A DNA stretch of 64,000 bases, taken from assembly GCF_003334405.1 (NCBI RefSeq), contig NZ_QOWM01000005.1; one strand, 5' to 3'. Position numbers and translations under genes: made by a program. Shown here piece after piece: positions 63,334 through 64,000 of the stretch (positions are counted from its first letter, which is position 1; each line of letters starts with the position of its first letter). Source of the stretch: Escherichia coli. Its GTDB lineage: Bacteria > Pseudomonadota > Gammaproteobacteria > Enterobacterales > Enterobacteriaceae. The notes under the pieces were generated by a model. The model saw nothing but the letters and a program-made list of their open reading frames with translations, did no database searches and had not been told where the DNA came from.

Positions 63334-63452
63334 ACTGCTTTCCTTTCAAAAAACTATTTCTAAATCGACATGGGCAGTCGTTCCGTACACTTTGTTTTGT
63401 CAACGAGTTTGACTGCCAACACTGCACAGTTTCCCCCCAAAAGATGAAACAT

Positions 63453-63767
63453 TTGGGGCCATTTTGACTCATAGAGGAAAGCATCGCGCACAAACTTTTT
63501 CAGTTTATTTGTTGGCTTTATATTCTATTGTTATCTTTATTTATAGATTTTTATATTGCATGAGGTGGTTTTTGGAGAGAAGAATGAGGAAGTTGCTTCG
63601 AGACACAGAAACGTTAGCTTTACATTTAGCGGAGGTGATGTGAAATTAATTTACAAGAGAAATGATTTACATATCAAACAGTTAGATGCTTTTTGTCGTT
63701 TTATAATATTTTTATGCTTGAGAAAAAATACGTAACTTATTTATGATATGGACAGTTTTGGCCCCAA
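63453..63767. other. fim invertible element (fimS) bounded by 9-bp inverted repeats TTGGGGCCA / TGGCCCCAA
   Basis: ttggggcca at 63453-63461 and tggccccaa at 63759-63767, about 315 bp apart, between fimE 3' end and fimA. Confidence 0.9.
63718..63748 (+). promoter_or_regulatory. fimA promoter inside fimS (TTGAGA - 18 bp - TATGATA), reading on the plus strand away from fimA
   Basis: only good sigma70-like hexamer pair in the element; -10 ends about 10 bp before the fimE-proximal repeat; fimA is on the minus strand at lower coordinates. Confidence 0.5.
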
Positions 63768-63814
63768 TTGTCTTGTATTTATTTGTTTTTTACCTTTACT
63801 ATCAATAAGTTAAA

Positions 63815-64000
63815 TTAAACCTCTTCTCTTTTTAATTTTTCGTTTATAAGATTATTTCTTTCCCATAATCCGGCAAAACGAGCAGCATTACTGGCGGTAT
63901 AACGCACAGTATGGCGAATATTTCGATGCCCGAGATAATCCTGAATTAAACGGGTATCTGCACCACGCTCCGCCAGTTCATAACCGCAAGCATGCCTTAA
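63815..64000 (-). CDS. fimE: fim switch recombinase FimE, 3' end only (gene continues past window end)
   Basis: minus-strand frame ends ...RFAGLWERNNLINEKLKREEV-stop at 63815-63817; tyrosine-recombinase C-terminal motif HTVRY. Confidence 0.85.
   Translation of the reverse strand, partial: LRHACGYELAERGADTRLIQDYLGHRNIRHTVRYTASNAARFAGLWERNNLINEKLKREEV

Overview
This window reads as an Escherichia coli-type chromosomal segment, in reverse orientation to the usual K-12 map, running from the 5' end of serB to the 3' end of fimE. Gene order is serB - ytjB - lplA - deoDBAC (minus strand) - yjjI/yjjW - yjjV/yjjU - ytjA - osmY - prfC - yjjG - rimI - holD - rsmC - tRNA-Leu - yjjZ/fhuF - bglJ/yjjQ - yjjP/yjjB - dnaT/dnaC - yjjA - opgB - lgoD - IS5 - lgoT - tsr - btsT - yjiX - yjiA - brnT'/brnA - IS1 - mdtM - yjiN/M/L/K/J - kptA - yjiH/G - iadA - hypT - iraD - yjiC - uxuRBA - gntP - fimHGFDCIA - fim switch - fimE. 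Most of it is conserved core genome. There is no rRNA, CRISPR array or prophage, and I did not find a convincing novel multi-gene system. The accessory signal sits at four junctions that differ from the K-12 layout as I remember it. (1) Between yjiA and mdtM, where K-12 carries the mrr-hsdRMS-mcrBC immigration-control region, there is only a BrnT/BrnA-like toxin-antitoxin pair with a frameshifted toxin, an IS1 without target duplication, and the last 31 codons of a dienelactone-hydrolase-like gene. (2) An IS5 without target duplication lies between lgoD and lgoT where the regulator lgoR is expected. (3) Between lplA and deoD there is only an 87-codon HTH ORF where the HipA-like kinase gene yjjJ is expected. 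(4) There is one tRNA-Leu gene rather than a tandem set of three. Other points: the fim invertible element appears to be in the OFF orientation, the three DeoR operators sit at the textbook spacing with two inside the yjjI coding sequence, and the poorly characterised yjjI-yjjW and yjiL-yjiM modules are intact. All names come from my own reading of the translated ORFs and recalled homology; no database search was run.
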